Notes: generated from the letters alone by a model not told the origin. DNA of 64,000 nt from Candidatus Dadabacteria bacterium (GCA_020849425.1 JADLGH010000094.1:5854-69853); one strand, 5' to 3'; positions 18,926 to 30,604 are shown, counted from the first letter of the stretch. Translations and numbers: made by a program.

Positions 18926-21651
18926 TTCCTCATGAGGAAGTCGATCTCGGTTTCGGTCTCGCTCTTCCCCTTCTCATAATCGGCCGGGTAATAAATGCCC
19001 TCAGGACTCTTTATCATCTCCTGCCCGTTTATCATGACGCTGTCGCGTATGGAATCTATGACGCTGTGCCTGAGCGAATCCAGGCTGTAGGGGATGCTGC
19101 CGTAAGGGGTGCTTACGACCTTTATGCCCGACGGCTGCTTGAAGGAGCCGCCCGGATACCTGGCGAGCGCGTCCTCCATGTAATCCACCCATATCGGGAG
19201 AGCCGCCAACGAGCCCGACTCCTTTTTGCCGAGTGGCTTGTGGTCGTCCCTTCCCACCCACACGGCCGTCGTTATCCTGGGGCTGTACCCGACGAACCAG
19301 GCGTCGGTGAAGTCGTTCGTCGTGCCCGTCTTGCCCGCCACAGGCGCGAGCGACGTGAGCTTGAGCGCCCTCCTGCCCGTCCCTTCGCTGACCACGGCCT
19401 GGAGGAGGTCGGTCATTATAAAGGCAGTTTCGGGGCTGAGCGTCTGTTTGGCGTTTCCGGGAGATGTGAAGTCGGCGGCCCCGCTCTTGATGAGCTCGAG
19501 GAATTCGTCCGGCGAAAGGAAAGCGTACTTGTCCGGCTCGGGCGCGGTCCTGGCCGTAAGCTCTTCTTCCTTTAGATACCCGGGCGTCTCGACGCTGCCG
19601 CGTCCCGCCTTCCGGGCGATTTCGTTAAGAACCTCGAGCCGCGCGTTCTCCCTCTCCACCTTGAGCGCCTCTTCCCTCGAGATGAATTTCCCGCCGGTAT
19701 TGTCCTCTATTATTATTCCGTTCCTGTCGTATATGCGGAGTATGAACTGGGGCTCGACCAGCTTCCCGCCGCTCGCGAACACGTTGAAGGCCTTCGCCAT
19801 CTCGACGACCCTCACTTCCGACCCGCCGAGCGCGAGCGAGGGATAGGGATTCAGCTTGGACGTGAAGCCGAAGTTCTTCGCGTACTTGACGGCGTACTTC
19901 GGATCTATGTCCATTATAAGCCTTATGGTGGCGAGGTTACGTGACCTGGCCAGCGCCTTCCTCAGGAGCATCGGCCCGTCGAACGAGCCGTCGTAGTTCC
20001 GGGGGGCCCAGTCCTTAACGACGACCGGCATGTCGTACAGTATCGACGTTTCGGTGTATCCCTTGTCGAGCGCGGCCGAATATATCATGGGCTTAAACGA
20101 CGAGCCCGGCTGCCTTAGAGCCTGCATGGTGCGGTTGAACTGCGACTGGTCGAAGTCGTATCCACCGGCCATGGCCCTTATCTTCCCCGTCGATTCCATG
20201 GATATAAGGGCGCCCTGCGCTATCGGCTCTATCGCGAGCGAATAATCGAACCCGCCGTCCGTGGTCTCTTTCGCGAGGACCCTGACGACGTCCCCGACCT
20301 TGAGCTCCACGGGCGTGAGGCTGACGCCGTCGTACCCGCCCGCCGGGGCGAGCTTCTTTGAATAGATCGTATCGAAGCCGGGAACGGCCTTCCCGTAAGG
20401 CGAGCTCACGGCGAAGATAAGCCTGCCCTCTACGTCCCCTATGCCGAGGCGCGCGTTGTATACGGGCCTGGCCGTCTCTTCCTTCGCGGATTCATCGTCC
20501 TTTTTGGTCTTCTTCGCGGGCCCGGGGTTGTCCACGTTAACCACCCTCGTGACGACGGCCTCGTACACTTCGCCCGGCTGAACGCTCTTTATACCCTGCT
20601 TGTCCCTGAACTTTCTTATCTCGCCCGCGCTTCCGAGGCTCTTCGATACGACCTTCCTCCCGTGGCGCGCCTCCAAGTCGAGTATCCCTCTCCTTAAAGC
20701 CCACTGCGCTTCGAGGTTAAGATCGATGTCCAGCGTGGTGAACACCGTGTACCCGCCGTTGATAAAATCCTTTACGCCGACCTTGTCCTGGAGATATCTC
20801 CTCACGTGCTCGACGAAATAAGGCGCTATGTCGTTGTTGATCCTCTGCCTCGGGACTATCTTTATCCCCTGGTCGAGGGCGTCGAACCGCTCATCCCTCG
20901 TTATGAAGCCCGCCTCCTCCATCTTGCTGAGAACGAGCTTCTGTCTTTCTATGGCCCTGTCGAGATGCTTCCGCGGGGAGAAGTACTCGGGCTTTTTCGG
21001 GAGCCCCGCGAGTAGCGCGGCCTCGGCGAGCGTCATGTCGCGGGCGGGCTTGCCGAAATAGGACCTGCTCGCGGCCTCGATGCCGTAGTTTCCGTCGGCG
21101 AGATATATGTGGTTAAGATACAGGTAAAGTATTTCCTGCTTCGAAAGGTTGTTTTCAATCCTGTGGGCGAGTATCGCCTCCTTTATCTTTCGGGTCATCG
21201 TCCTTTCGGGCGTGAGGATGATGTTCTTTATGACCTGCTGGGTTATGGTGCTCGCGCCCCTCACCCAGTCGCCCTCCTGTATGTTCTCGAAGACGGCGCC
21301 GAGGATGCTCTTTATGTCCACGCCCTCGTGCTCGAAAAATCGCCTGTCCTCGATGGCGATGAACGCCTCTATGACGCGGGGCGGTATGTCCTCGTATGCG
21401 ATGAGCTTCCTCCGCTCGGCGGCGAACTCGGCGATGAGCGTGCCGTCGGACGAATAGACCTCCGTTATGAGCTTCGGCCTGTAACCGGTTACCGCCCTGA
21501 AGTCCGGGAGGTCGCGCGTGTAATAGAGGTAGCCCCCGTATATAGCGAGCGCCGCCGCCGTGAGCAATATGAAAAAGCTCAGGAACAGGAACGCAAGGAG
21601 CTTGCTTTTTGTGCGCTTTGTTTTAAATTTTACTTTCTTTTTTTTAGCCAT
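18922..21651 (-). CDS. mrcA: penicillin-binding protein 1A (bifunctional transglycosylase/transpeptidase)
   Basis: 909 aa with a TM anchor, GT51 motifs (EDRRFFEHEGVD) and transpeptidase motifs SSFKP, SRN and KTGTT. Confidence 0.9.
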   Translation of the reverse strand: MAKKKKVKFKTKRTKSKLLAFLFLSFFILLTAAALAIYGGYLYYTRDLPDFRAVTGYRPKLITEVYSSDGTLIAEFAAERRKLIAYEDIPPRVIEAFIAIEDRRFFEHEGVDIKSILGAVFENIQEGDWVRGASTITQQVIKNIILTPERTMTRKIKEAILAHRIENNLSKQEILYLYLNHIYLADGNYGIEAASRSYFGKPARDMTLAEAALLAGLPKKPEYFSPRKHLDRAIERQKLVLSKMEEAGFITRDERFDALDQGIKIVPRQRINNDIAPYFVEHVRRYLQDKVGVKDFINGGYTVFTTLDIDLNLEAQWALRRGILDLEARHGRKVVSKSLGSAGEIRKFRDKQGIKSVQPGEVYEAVVTRVVNVDNPGPAKKTKKDDESAKEETARPVYNARLGIGDVEGRLIFAVSSPYGKAVPGFDTIYSKKLAPAGGYDGVSLTPVELKVGDVVRVLAKETTDGGFDYSLAIEPIAQGALISMESTGKIRAMAGGYDFDQSQFNRTMQALRQPGSSFKPMIYSAALDKGYTETSILYDMPVVVKDWAPRNYDGSFDGPMLLRKALARSRNLATIRLIMDIDPKYAVKYAKNFGFTSKLNPYPSLALGGSEVRVVEMAKAFNVFASGGKLVEPQFILRIYDRNGIIIEDNTGGKFISREEALKVERENARLEVLNEIARKAGRGSVETPGYLKEEELTARTAPEPDKYAFLSPDEFLELIKSGAADFTSPGNAKQTLSPETAFIMTDLLQAVVSEGTGRRALKLTSLAPVAGKTGTTNDFTDAWFVGYSPRITTAVWVGRDDHKPLGKKESGSLAALPIWVDYMEDALARYPGGSFKQPSGIKVVSTPYGSIPYSLDSLRHSVIDSIRDSVMINGQEMIKSPEGIYYPADYEKGKSETETEIDFLMRN

Positions 21652-21781
21652 TGGCCAGGCTCATCCCCCTGGAGGCGGCTCACAGATTGACTTTTTAATG
21701 ATTGAGGATAATTATACCTGAGCCGCGAACATTAATTAAACACGATTTTCAAACTGGACTAATATTCGATAAGCTAATAAA

Positions 21782-21970
21782 ATGGAAGAAGAAACGCTGG
21801 ATTCGTACATAAGGAAAATGGAGGACCAGGAGCTAAAGGGCCTTTTGCTCAAGCTTAAGAACGAGCTCAGGAAACCCGAAGCCGCCTGGGATCCCATAAA
21901 GCAGATATTGACAACAATCCGCCAGAAAAACAGCGCTGCTTTCACCCGGATATCCGACCTGATTTTTTAG
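21782..21970 (+). CDS. hypothetical small protein (62 aa)
   Basis: ORF only. No clear RBS, and a mirror ORF lies on the opposite strand. Confidence 0.25.
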   Translation: MEEETLDSYIRKMEDQELKGLLLKLKNELRKPEAAWDPIKQILTTIRQKNSAAFTRISDLIF

Positions 21971-21983
21971 ACGATTAGATAAT

Positions 21984-22979
21984 ATGGAGCTCGACTACAA
22001 GGCGGCGCCGGAAACAAGGCTTCCAGGCAAATACACACCCCGGGGAGATAAGAAAATAGGGAATCTGGTAGTAGACAGCATACTATCCCTCATTGGGAGT
22101 ACGCCCGTCGTAAGGCTGAGGAACGTCGTGCCCGAGGGCTCGGCCGACATATGGGCCAAGCTCGAGAGCCTGAACCCGGCGGGGAGCATGAAGGAGCGGA
22201 TCTCGCTCGCCATGCTGAACAAGGCCGAGGAAGAGGGGCTCATCGAGCCCGGACGGAGCGTCATAGTCGAGGCCACGACGGGCAACACCGGCATAGGGCT
22301 CGCGCTCGTCTGCGCGGTGAAGGGGTACAGGCTCGTCCTCACGGCGCCCGACGACATGAGCCTCGAAAGGAGGCAGACCCTCTCGGCATACGGCGCCGAG
22401 GTCGTCCTCGTTCCCGCGGGCCAGATGGAAGACTCCCTCGCGAGGGCCGAGGAGGTAGCCGCCGAAATCCCCGGCGCTTTCATACCCCACCACTTCGCGA
22501 ACCGGGAGAACCCCGAGACCCACAGGCTCCACACGGGGCCCGAGATTATGGAGCAGGTGCCGGGCGTCATAGACGCGTTCGTCGCCGGGGTCGGCACCGG
22601 GGGCACGGTAACAGGGGTCGGAGAGGCCCTCAGAAAAGAAAACCCGGACGTGATCATCGCCGCGGTCGAGCCCGAGGAGTCGCCCATACTTTCGGGGGGC
22701 GAGCCCGGAGCGCACGACATCGTGGGAATCGGCCACGGCTTCATCCCGTCGACGCTCGACAGGAATATCTACGACGAAATAATAAAGGTCAGCACCGAAG
22801 AAGCCCGGAGGCTCACGAGAGAGCTCGCCAGGCGCGAGGGTTTACTGGTCGGAATATCCTCCGGCGCGGCGTGCGCCGGGGCGCTCATGCTCGCCGGGAG
22901 GCTCGGCAAGGGAAAACAGGTGGTGACCATGTTCTGCGACACGGGGGAAAGATATCTCAGCACGGGGCTTTTCGGGTGA
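21984..22979 (+). CDS. cysK: cysteine synthase / PLP-dependent beta-synthase family
   Basis: PLP-lysine context LNPAGSMKERI, the glycine loop TGNTGIGLA and GVGTGGTVTGVG. Confidence 0.8.
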   Translation: MELDYKAAPETRLPGKYTPRGDKKIGNLVVDSILSLIGSTPVVRLRNVVPEGSADIWAKLESLNPAGSMKERISLAMLNKAEEEGLIEPGRSVIVEATTGNTGIGLALVCAVKGYRLVLTAPDDMSLERRQTLSAYGAEVVLVPAGQMEDSLARAEEVAAEIPGAFIPHHFANRENPETHRLHTGPEIMEQVPGVIDAFVAGVGTGGTVTGVGEALRKENPDVIIAAVEPEESPILSGGEPGAHDIVGIGHGFIPSTLDRNIYDEIIKVSTEEARRLTRELARREGLLVGISSGAACAGALMLAGRLGKGKQVVTMFCDTGERYLSTGLFG

Positions 22980-23110
22980 CATGAAAATCAACCCTTTATA
23001 TAATGTAATCATGCTTCATAATTACGGAATCTTAGTTGAAAACACCGCCCTCATGTGCTAACATACATTAGTATAATTCTGCAATCAATTTCAACTAAAC
23101 TGAGGTACGA

Positions 23111-25003
23111 GTGAACAGCCAGCTATTCAAAAATTTGGTGCTATGGTTGGTCATATTTGTAGCGATCATAGCCCTTTACCAATTGGTACACACTCCAAGG
23201 ACAAACGTACAGGAAATCCCCTACAGCGATTTTCTCGCGAGCGTAGAGAAAGGAGAGGTAAAGGACCTCGAATTCAAGGGCGAGGTAATCAAGGGGAAAT
23301 TTACGAGCCCTGCGGGTGAACAAACCGCCGACGGATTCAAAACCGTGGGGCCGGCGAGCGAAGACCTTATAAAGACACTCAACCAGAAAGGAATCACGTT
23401 CAAGTTCGACGCGAGCAACGAGGGCTCTCTCACGCACATGCTCCTCAACTGGGCCCCCCTGGTGCTTCTCATAGTCATAATGGTCATCTTCATGCGCCAG
23501 CTCCAGGCGGGCGGGACGAAGGCGATGTCCTTCGGCAAGAACCGCGCGCGCATGCTCACCGAAAACCAGAACAAGATCACGTTCAAGGACGTGGCCGGGA
23601 TAGACGAGGCCAAGGAAGAGGTCCAGGAAATCGTCGAATTCTTAAAGAGCCCTAAAAAGTTCACCAAGCTCGGCGGCAGGATACCCAAGGGCATCCTCCT
23701 CGTGGGCCCTCCCGGAACCGGTAAAACCCTCCTCGCCAAGGCGATAGCCGGCGAAGCGGGCGTTCCGTTCTTTATTATCAGCGGCAGCGACTTCGTCGAG
23801 ATGTTCGTCGGCGTGGGCGCCTCCCGCGTAAGGGACCTCTTCGTTCAGGCCAAGCGCCACGCCCCCTGCATCATATTCGTCGACGAGCTCGACGCCGTCG
23901 GGCGTCACCGCGGCGCGGGGCTCGGCGGCGGGCACGACGAGAGGGAGCAGACGCTGAACCAGCTCCTCGTCGAAATGGACGGGTTCGAATCCAACGAAGG
24001 CATAATAGTCATGGCGGCCACCAACCGCCCCGACGTCCTGGACCCTGCTCTCCTCCGTCCCGGGAGGTTCGACAGGCAGGTCGTAGTGCCGAGGCCGGAC
24101 GTAAGGGGAAGAGAAGAAATCCTGAAGGTCCACGCGAAGAACACGCCGCTCGACGAATCGGTAAACCTCCCGGTCATCGCGCGCTCGACGCCCGGTTTTT
24201 CGGGGGCCGATCTCGAGAACCTCGTAAACGAGGCTGCGCTCCACGCGGCCCGGTTCGGAAGGCCCCGCATATCCATGGACGACTTCGAATACGCCAAGGA
24301 CAAGGTAATAATGGGCGTCGAAAGGAAGAGCCTCATAATCAGCGACGCCGAAAAGAAAATAACCGCCTACCACGAGGCCGGGCACGCCCTCGTGGCCAAG
24401 CTCACCCCCAACACCGACCCTATACACAAGGTCACGATCATCCCGAGGGGCATGGCCCTCGGCGTAACGCAGCAGCTCCCGATAGAGGACAAGTACACCC
24501 TCTCCCGCACGAGCCTGAACGCGACGATAATGGTCCTTCTCGGGGGGCGCGCGGCCGAGGAGATCGTATTCGGCGAAAGGACGAGCGGCGCCGGGAACGA
24601 CCTCGAAAGGGTCACCGAAATCGCCCGCAGGATGGTCTGCGAATGGGGAATGAGCGAAAAGGTCGGCCCGATAACCTTCGGAAAGGGTGAAGAGCAGATA
24701 TTTCTCGGCAAGGAGATTTCGAGGCCCAAGGACTACAGCGAAGAGACGGCTCTCGAAATAGACAGCGAGATAAAATCCATCATCAAGAACAACTATGCGA
24801 AGACAAAAGCCCTTCTCGAAGATTCGATAGAGCTCCTCCACAAGCTTGCGGAGCTTCTGCTCGAAAAGGAAGTTATCGACGGGACGGAGCTCGACGAGCT
24901 CGTCAAGGGCCATAAGTCGAAGGATTTTTCGTCCTCCTGGGAAAAGCCGACCGGGTCCGAGGGCTCCGTCGCGCTCAGGAACAGCAACTCGAACGAATCT
25001 TGA
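23111..25003 (+). CDS. ftsH: ATP-dependent zinc metalloprotease FtsH
   Basis: GTG start, TM helices, Walker A GPPGTGKT, Walker [12 protein letters not shown] region and zinc site HEAGHAL. Confidence 0.95.
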   Translation: MNSQLFKNLVLWLVIFVAIIALYQLVHTPRTNVQEIPYSDFLASVEKGEVKDLEFKGEVIKGKFTSPAGEQTADGFKTVGPASEDLIKTLNQKGITFKFDASNEGSLTHMLLNWAPLVLLIVIMVIFMRQLQAGGTKAMSFGKNRARMLTENQNKITFKDVAGIDEAKEEVQEIVEFLKSPKKFTKLGGRIPKGILLVGPPGTGKTLLAKAIAGEAGVPFFIISGSDFVEMFVGVGASRVRDLFVQAKRHAPCIIFVDELDAVGRHRGAGLGGGHDEREQTLNQLLVEMDGFESNEGIIVMAATNRPDVLDPALLRPGRFDRQVVVPRPDVRGREEILKVHAKNTPLDESVNLPVIARSTPGFSGADLENLVNEAALHAARFGRPRISMDDFEYAKDKVIMGVERKSLIISDAEKKITAYHEAGHALVAKLTPNTDPIHKVTIIPRGMALGVTQQLPIEDKYTLSRTSLNATIMVLLGGRAAEEIVFGERTSGAGNDLERVTEIARRMVCEWGMSEKVGPITFGKGEEQIFLGKEISRPKDYSEETALEIDSEIKSIIKNNYAKTKALLEDSIELLHKLAELLLEKEVIDGTELDELVKGHKSKDFSSSWEKPTGSEGSVALRNSNSNES

Positions 25004-25051
25004 ATTTTGCCGGGCGATAACCGTCCGTTTTTATAATAGCGTATAATTTGA

Positions 25052-26041
25052 ATGAAAGCGTTCCGGGCGCGGAGTTCCCCCGTATTTCAAACGCGCGCCA
25101 CACCGGCCGGAATCCGGATTCTTATGCTGAGAACACATTCAGGAACCAGCGCTCCTATCGATACAGTTTCAAATAACGACGGAGCCTTACCCAAAACACC
25201 TCACAATGCTCTTTTACTCTGTGGAAAGGCCCTCCCCCTCGGCGAGCGGACACTCGTCATGGGGGTCCTCAACGTAACCCCCGATTCCTTTCACGACGGC
25301 GGTAAATACGGTTCGGCGGAATCCGCCCTCCGGCGCGCCGAGAAGATGGCCGAGGAAGGGGCCGACATCATAGACATAGGCGGAGAATCGACGAGGCCCG
25401 GCTCGGGAGGGGTCTCCGAGGAAGAAGAGCTCCGGAGGGTCGTGCCCGTGATACGCGGGATACGGAAACGGCTCGACACCCCCCTTTCCATAGACACGAC
25501 GAAGGCCGGGGTCGCCCGGGCGGCGCTCGCCGAGGGGGCGTCTATCGTAAACGACATAAGCGGGCTCAGGTTCGGCACGGGCGTCGCCGCGGCCGCGGCC
25601 GAGTACGGGGCGGCGATGGTCCTCATGCACACCTCCTCCCGCCCGCGCGACATGCAGCAAAAAACGGAATACGAATCCCTCGTAGACGACGTTATGGAGT
25701 CCCTCCGCGAGTCGGTGAGGAAAGCCGTCGCCGCCGGGGTCGGCGAAGAGAATATAATCATCGATCCCGGGTTCGGGTTCGGAAAGACAGCCGCCCAGAA
25801 CCTTACCCTCCTGAAGGAGCTGGCGAGGTTCCTCGGCCTCGGAAGGCCCATTCTCATCGGCACGTCGCATAAGTCCTTCATCGGGGCGGTCGCGGAAGGC
25901 CCTTCCGGAAGCAGGCTCGAAGGCACGGCCGCCACGGTAGCCATAGGGATAATGAACGGGGCGTCCATCGTGAGGGTGCACGACGTGGGCTACATGAAAA
26001 AAATTGCTCTGATGGCCGACGCAGTGAAGAATGTAAACTAA
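25052..26041 (+). CDS. folP: dihydropteroate synthase
   Basis: Has VMGVLNVTPDSFHDGG and the pterin-binding barrel pattern. The N-terminus is long, and the in-frame ATG at 25124 is an alternative start. Confidence 0.85.
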   Translation: MKAFRARSSPVFQTRATPAGIRILMLRTHSGTSAPIDTVSNNDGALPKTPHNALLLCGKALPLGERTLVMGVLNVTPDSFHDGGKYGSAESALRRAEKMAEEGADIIDIGGESTRPGSGGVSEEEELRRVVPVIRGIRKRLDTPLSIDTTKAGVARAALAEGASIVNDISGLRFGTGVAAAAAEYGAAMVLMHTSSRPRDMQQKTEYESLVDDVMESLRESVRKAVAAGVGEENIIIDPGFGFGKTAAQNLTLLKELARFLGLGRPILIGTSHKSFIGAVAEGPSGSRLEGTAATVAIGIMNGASIVRVHDVGYMKKIALMADAVKNVN

Positions 26042-26102
26042 ATCCGCAGAGACGGCCCGGGCGTGATGTCCGAGGAGAGAAAGCCGCCGCCGGGAATAAA
26101 AG

Positions 26103-26933
26103 ATGTTCGACGCAATATTCAATTACAGGTACGTGTGGGACACGCTCGACATACTGCTCGTGGCGTTCATCATATATTACGTGCTCCGCATGCTCGAGGG
26201 GACGAGGGCGCTCCAGGTGCTCTTCGGCTTCGTTCTTCTCGTCGTCCTCTACTACGTCTCCCAGCGCGGGCTCTTTACGCTCAACTGGATACTCGGGCAG
26301 TTCCTGGGCTCGATAATCCTCATAGTCGTTATCATATTCCAGAACGACATACGGAGGGGGCTGGCGGCCCTCGGCCGACGGCCGTTTTTGCTGAAGATGT
26401 CGCCCGGCAAACCGAAAGAGCAATACCTCGAAGAGGTGGTCAAGGCGTCGAGCTATCTCGCCAACAGGTACATAGGCGCTCTCATAGCCATAGAGCGCAA
26501 CCAGACCCTTTCGGACTATATAGAGATAGGAATGAGGGTGGACGCGCTCGTTTCGAGAGAGCTCATAATAAGCATATTCAATCCCTCGTCGCCGCTTCAC
26601 GACGGGGGGATCATCATAGTCGGGAACAGGATAATATCGGCGGGATCGTTCTTCCCGCTGACGACCGACCCCGACCTCGAAAGGGAGCTCGGCACGCGGC
26701 ACAGGGCGGCGCTCGGGCTCTCGTCCGAGACAGACGCCGTAGTCATAGTGGTCTCCGAGGAAACGGGCAACATATCCCTCGCCATGGGCGGCGATATAAC
26801 GCGCGGCATGGATGCGACGGCGCTCCACAACGGGCTCATGGACGCACTCGACATAAAGAGGCCGACGGCGAAAAAATCCGGCCTCGTAAACAGGCTCATT
26901 CGCAAAGAGGAGGGCGAGGACAAGAACCTCTAG
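26103..26933 (+). CDS. cdaA: diadenylate cyclase CdaA (membrane-anchored DAC domain)
   Basis: Three N-terminal TM helices. DAC motifs LHDGGIIIVGNRIISAG and GTRHRAALGLSSETDAVVIVVSEETG. Confidence 0.9.
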   Translation: MFDAIFNYRYVWDTLDILLVAFIIYYVLRMLEGTRALQVLFGFVLLVVLYYVSQRGLFTLNWILGQFLGSIILIVVIIFQNDIRRGLAALGRRPFLLKMSPGKPKEQYLEEVVKASSYLANRYIGALIAIERNQTLSDYIEIGMRVDALVSRELIISIFNPSSPLHDGGIIIVGNRIISAGSFFPLTTDPDLERELGTRHRAALGLSSETDAVVIVVSEETGNISLAMGGDITRGMDATALHNGLMDALDIKRPTAKKSGLVNRLIRKEEGEDKNL

Positions 26934-26942
26934 GCGCGCCCC

Positions 26943-27920
26943 ATGAAACGCTGGATCCAAAGAAAAGAGGCCCGCGCCGCGGGCGACCATGAAAGGGAGC
27001 CCATATATAAAGACTGGGGCAAGAAGGTGCTTGCCCTTCTCATCGCCATATCCCTCTGGCTCGTGGCCAATCTCCAGCACGACGTCGAAAAGAACGTCGC
27101 GATAGACATAAATTATACGAATCTCCCGCCGGGGCTCGTCGTCCTTAACAATCCCCCCGAAAAGCTCAATATCCGCGCACGCGGACCGAGGAGCCAGCTC
27201 TCGTCCGTCTCTCCGGACGACATGGTGTTCACGATAGACCTGTCCAACGTGGGCGAAGGGGCGTCCATCTTCGAAATAAGGACCGACATGATAATCCCAC
27301 CGAGGGACGTCCAGGTAACGGGCGTCAGCCCGTCCGAGATCAGGATAGAGCTCGACGAGCTCGCGCAAAAGGAAGTCACGGTCACGGCCAGAATAGGCCC
27401 TCCGGACACGGGGTACGAAATCGTCGGAGAGCCCGAAGTCTCCCCGGCGAAGGTCAGGATAAGCGGCCCTGCGGCCCTTCTGGACAAGATCAAGGATATC
27501 GGCGGCGACCAGATATCGCTCGAAGGGGAAAAGTCGAGCTTTACGGTCGAAATACCGCTCAGGACCCCCTACTCTCTCGTAAACATACTCGGGCGGAATA
27601 CCGCCCGCGTCACCGTGGATCTAAAAGAAACGATCCTCGAAAAGGAGTTTAACAACCTCGACATCAATTTCGTCAATTTCGGTAATCTCGATTATGAAAC
27701 GGAGGGCAACGTAGAGACGGAGATCGCGTTCGAAGGTCCCTACAGCATAATTAACAAACTCAACAGTAAGGATATAGAATTATACGTGGACGGCTCGGGT
27801 ATAACGGAGGGCGGGGACAAGAAGACCTACAGGCTCGACGTCAACGTCGAGTACCCGCACAAGGGGGTGCTCAAGATGACGAAGCAGTCGCCCAGGGTAA
27901 TTAACGTCAGGCTGAATTAG
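26943..27920 (+). CDS. cdaR: CdaR / YbbR-domain protein (regulator of CdaA)
   Basis: N-terminal TM segment plus repeated YbbR-like beta modules. Positioned between cdaA and glmM. Confidence 0.75.
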   Translation: MKRWIQRKEARAAGDHEREPIYKDWGKKVLALLIAISLWLVANLQHDVEKNVAIDINYTNLPPGLVVLNNPPEKLNIRARGPRSQLSSVSPDDMVFTIDLSNVGEGASIFEIRTDMIIPPRDVQVTGVSPSEIRIELDELAQKEVTVTARIGPPDTGYEIVGEPEVSPAKVRISGPAALLDKIKDIGGDQISLEGEKSSFTVEIPLRTPYSLVNILGRNTARVTVDLKETILEKEFNNLDINFVNFGNLDYETEGNVETEIAFEGPYSIINKLNSKDIELYVDGSGITEGGDKKTYRLDVNVEYPHKGVLKMTKQSPRVINVRLN

Positions 27921-27936
27921 GGAGGAGCCGGGAATT

Positions 27937-29319
27937 TTGAGCGATAAGATAAAAAGACTTTTCGGAACGGACGGGATAAGAGGCGTGGCGAATCAGGAGC
28001 CCATGACGCCCGAGATGAGCCTCAGGCTGGGCAAGGCGCTCGCGTATCTTTTAAAACAGCGGGCGGAGGGCCCGCACCCGCTCAAGATAGTCATAGGCAA
28101 GGACACGAGGCTCTCGGGATACATCTTCGAGCAGGCCCTTTCCGCGGGCATAGCGGCCATGGGGGCCGACGTGCTCCTCGTGGGCCCGCTCCCGACACCG
28201 GCGATAGCCTTCCTCACACAGAACATGCGCGCCGACGCGGGCATAGTGATTTCGGCCTCGCACAACCCCTACGAAGACAACGGCATAAAGATATTCGACA
28301 GGTACGGATACAAGCTCCCCGACGAGGAAGAAATACGCATCGAGGAGCTCATGCAGAACGGCGAGAGCAACCGGCTCAGGGCCTCTCCCGGCGACATAGG
28401 CAAGGCGTACAGGATAGACGACGCCCCCGGGCGGTACGTCGTCTTCGCCAAGAACTCTTTCCCGCGGGATCTCACGCTCGAGGGGATAAAGATAGTCCTC
28501 GACTGCGCGAACGGCGCGGGGTACAAGGTCTCTCCGACCATATTCCAGGAGCTCGGGGCCGACGTCGTAACGATAGGCGTTCACCCCGACGGGAAGAACA
28601 TAAACACCGACTGCGGCTCGCTCAATCCCGAGCTCCTGCGCCGGAGCGTCCTCGAAACCGGGGCCGCCCTCGGCATAGCGCTCGACGGGGACGCCGACAG
28701 GGTCATTTTCTGCGACGAGTCGGGCGAGATGGTGGACGGCGACAAGGTGATAGCCATATGCGCCGACGAGATGATACGGAACGGGAGCCTCAGGGGCAAC
28801 ACCGTCGTCACGACGCTCATGAGCAACATGGCCCTCGAAAATTTCATAAAGGACAAGGGAGTCGATTTCGTGAGGACCGAGGTCGGCGACAGATACGTAT
28901 CCGAGGCCATGCGCGCCCGGGGATGCAACCTCGGCGGCGAGCAGTCGGGGCATATCATCTTCCTCGACCACACCACCACCGGCGACGGCACGCTGGCCGC
29001 GCTCCAGGTGCTGGCCATAATGAAGAGGGAAGGAAAGCCCCTCTCCGAGCTGGCCGGCATAATAGACCTCTACCCGCAGCTCCTCCTTAACGTGAGAATA
29101 AGAAAGCGTAAAGAGCTCAGCAAGATAAAGAATCTAAGCGGGCTCATCCGCTCGAACGAAAACAGGCTTTCCGGGAGGGGGCGCATAAACATCAGGTATT
29201 CGGGCACGGAGCCCATATCGAGGGTCATGGTCGAGGGCGAAGACGTCACACTCATAAAAGAGATAGCCGACGAGCTCGTGGACGCGATACAAAAAGACAT
29301 AGGGGCGGAAGCGTCATGA
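27937..29319 (+). CDS. glmM: phosphoglucosamine mutase
   Basis: TTG start, FGTDGIRG, phosphoserine loop [13 protein letters not shown] and metal loop DGDADR. Confidence 0.95.
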   Translation: MSDKIKRLFGTDGIRGVANQEPMTPEMSLRLGKALAYLLKQRAEGPHPLKIVIGKDTRLSGYIFEQALSAGIAAMGADVLLVGPLPTPAIAFLTQNMRADAGIVISASHNPYEDNGIKIFDRYGYKLPDEEEIRIEELMQNGESNRLRASPGDIGKAYRIDDAPGRYVVFAKNSFPRDLTLEGIKIVLDCANGAGYKVSPTIFQELGADVVTIGVHPDGKNINTDCGSLNPELLRRSVLETGAALGIALDGDADRVIFCDESGEMVDGDKVIAICADEMIRNGSLRGNTVVTTLMSNMALENFIKDKGVDFVRTEVGDRYVSEAMRARGCNLGGEQSGHIIFLDHTTTGDGTLAALQVLAIMKREGKPLSELAGIIDLYPQLLLNVRIRKRKELSKIKNLSGLIRSNENRLSGRGRINIRYSGTEPISRVMVEGEDVTLIKEIADELVDAIQKDIGAEAS

Positions 29320-30056
29320 CACGGCTCAACGTCAACGTAGACCACGTTGCGACGGTAAGACAGGCGCGGGGCGGCATAGAGCCCGACCCGGTGCTCGCGG
29401 CATACCTGGCCGAGCTCGCCGGTGCCGAGGGCATAGTAGTCCACCTCCGCGAAGACAGGAGGCACATACAGGAAAGGGACGTATGGATGCTGAGGGAAAC
29501 TGTCAAGACGAAGCTCAACCTCGAAATGGCCCCCACGGACCCGATGGTGAAAATAGCCGCCGACATCAGGCCCGACATGGCCACGCTGGTGCCTGAAAAG
29601 AGGCAGGAGCTCACGACCGAGGGCGGGCTCGATACTGCGGGGAATCCGAAGGAAATAAAATCCGTCGTGAAGCGGCTCCGGAAGGAAGGCATATTCGTCA
29701 GCCTCTTCATAGACCCCGACCCCGCACAGATAAAAGCGGCCGCCGCCACGGGGGCCGAGATGGTAGAGATACACACGGGGGCCTACGCCGACGCCCCCGA
29801 CGAAGCCGGCAAGGAGGCCGAGCTTTCACGCATACGAAAGGCCGTCGGAAAGGCGTACGCCGCGGGCCTCAGGGTATCGGCCGGGCACGGGCTCGATTAT
29901 TTCAACGTCGTTCGGATCGCGGAAATAGAAGGGATAGAAGAGCTCAATATAGGCCACAGCATAATATCGAGGGCTATCACCGCCGGAATGGATCTCGCGG
30001 TCAGGGATATGACAGACCTCATACGCGCGGGAAGCCTCCAGGGGCCGGGAGTATAA
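29316..30056 (+). CDS. pdxJ: pyridoxine 5'-phosphate synthase
   Basis: [16 protein letters not shown] at the N-terminus. The ATG overlaps the glmM stop (ATGA). Confidence 0.9.
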   Translation: MTRLNVNVDHVATVRQARGGIEPDPVLAAYLAELAGAEGIVVHLREDRRHIQERDVWMLRETVKTKLNLEMAPTDPMVKIAADIRPDMATLVPEKRQELTTEGGLDTAGNPKEIKSVVKRLRKEGIFVSLFIDPDPAQIKAAAATGAEMVEIHTGAYADAPDEAGKEAELSRIRKAVGKAYAAGLRVSAGHGLDYFNVVRIAEIEGIEELNIGHSIISRAITAGMDLAVRDMTDLIRAGSLQGPGV

Positions 30057-30094
30057 TCCTCCCGCCCTCGATCACTCCGCCTGAAGAACAGCCC

Positions 30095-30565
30095 TCAGGC
30101 CGTCCTGGCCGCCCTGCAGCCCGAGCAAAGGCCGTAAATCTCCAGCTTGTGGTTCGTAAGCTGGAATTCGTTCAGCTTCGCTATCTGGTTCAGGCAGGAC
30201 TCTACCTGGATGTTGGCGAATTCGTATATCTTCCCGCACTCGTTACATATCATGTGGTGGTGATGCTCCCTCTCGGAATGAATCGGCTCGTAACGGGCCT
30301 TCCCGTCGCCGAAATTCCTTTCGGAAGCTATCCCGCACTCCATGAAGAGCTTGAGGGTCCTGTATACGGTGGCGAAGCCGATGAACGGGTGGCGCTTCTT
30401 TATGTCTTCATAAAGTTCTTCAACTGTGACGTGTTTCCCCATATAATTACCGAAGAACTCATCGAAGATTATATCCCTCTGCTTCGTGGACTTGAGGCGC
30501 TTCTTGGCTATATAATCGTTGAAGGTTTTTCTTCTTTCCATTTTCCTTATGGCCACAGGAGTCAT
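30095..30565 (-). CDS. fur: Fur family transcriptional regulator
   Basis: 156 aa with a winged-helix N-terminus, the metal site HHHHMICNECG and a C-terminal CSGC. Confidence 0.85.
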   Translation of the reverse strand: MTPVAIRKMERRKTFNDYIAKKRLKSTKQRDIIFDEFFGNYMGKHVTVEELYEDIKKRHPFIGFATVYRTLKLFMECGIASERNFGDGKARYEPIHSEREHHHHMICNECGKIYEFANIQVESCLNQIAKLNEFQLTNHKLEIYGLCSGCRAARTA

Positions 30566-30581
30566 ATTTTAGCTCCCCGCG

Positions 30582-30604
30582 AAATTGATTTACGTTATCA
30601 AATT
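30582..30604. promoter_or_regulatory. Fur-box-like imperfect palindrome just upstream of fur
   Basis: AAATTGAT-ttacgtt-ATCAAATT, 17-40 nt upstream of the fur start codon. A second A/T-rich GATA-type element (TATTATGATAGAATT) lies nearer folC. Confidence 0.3.
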
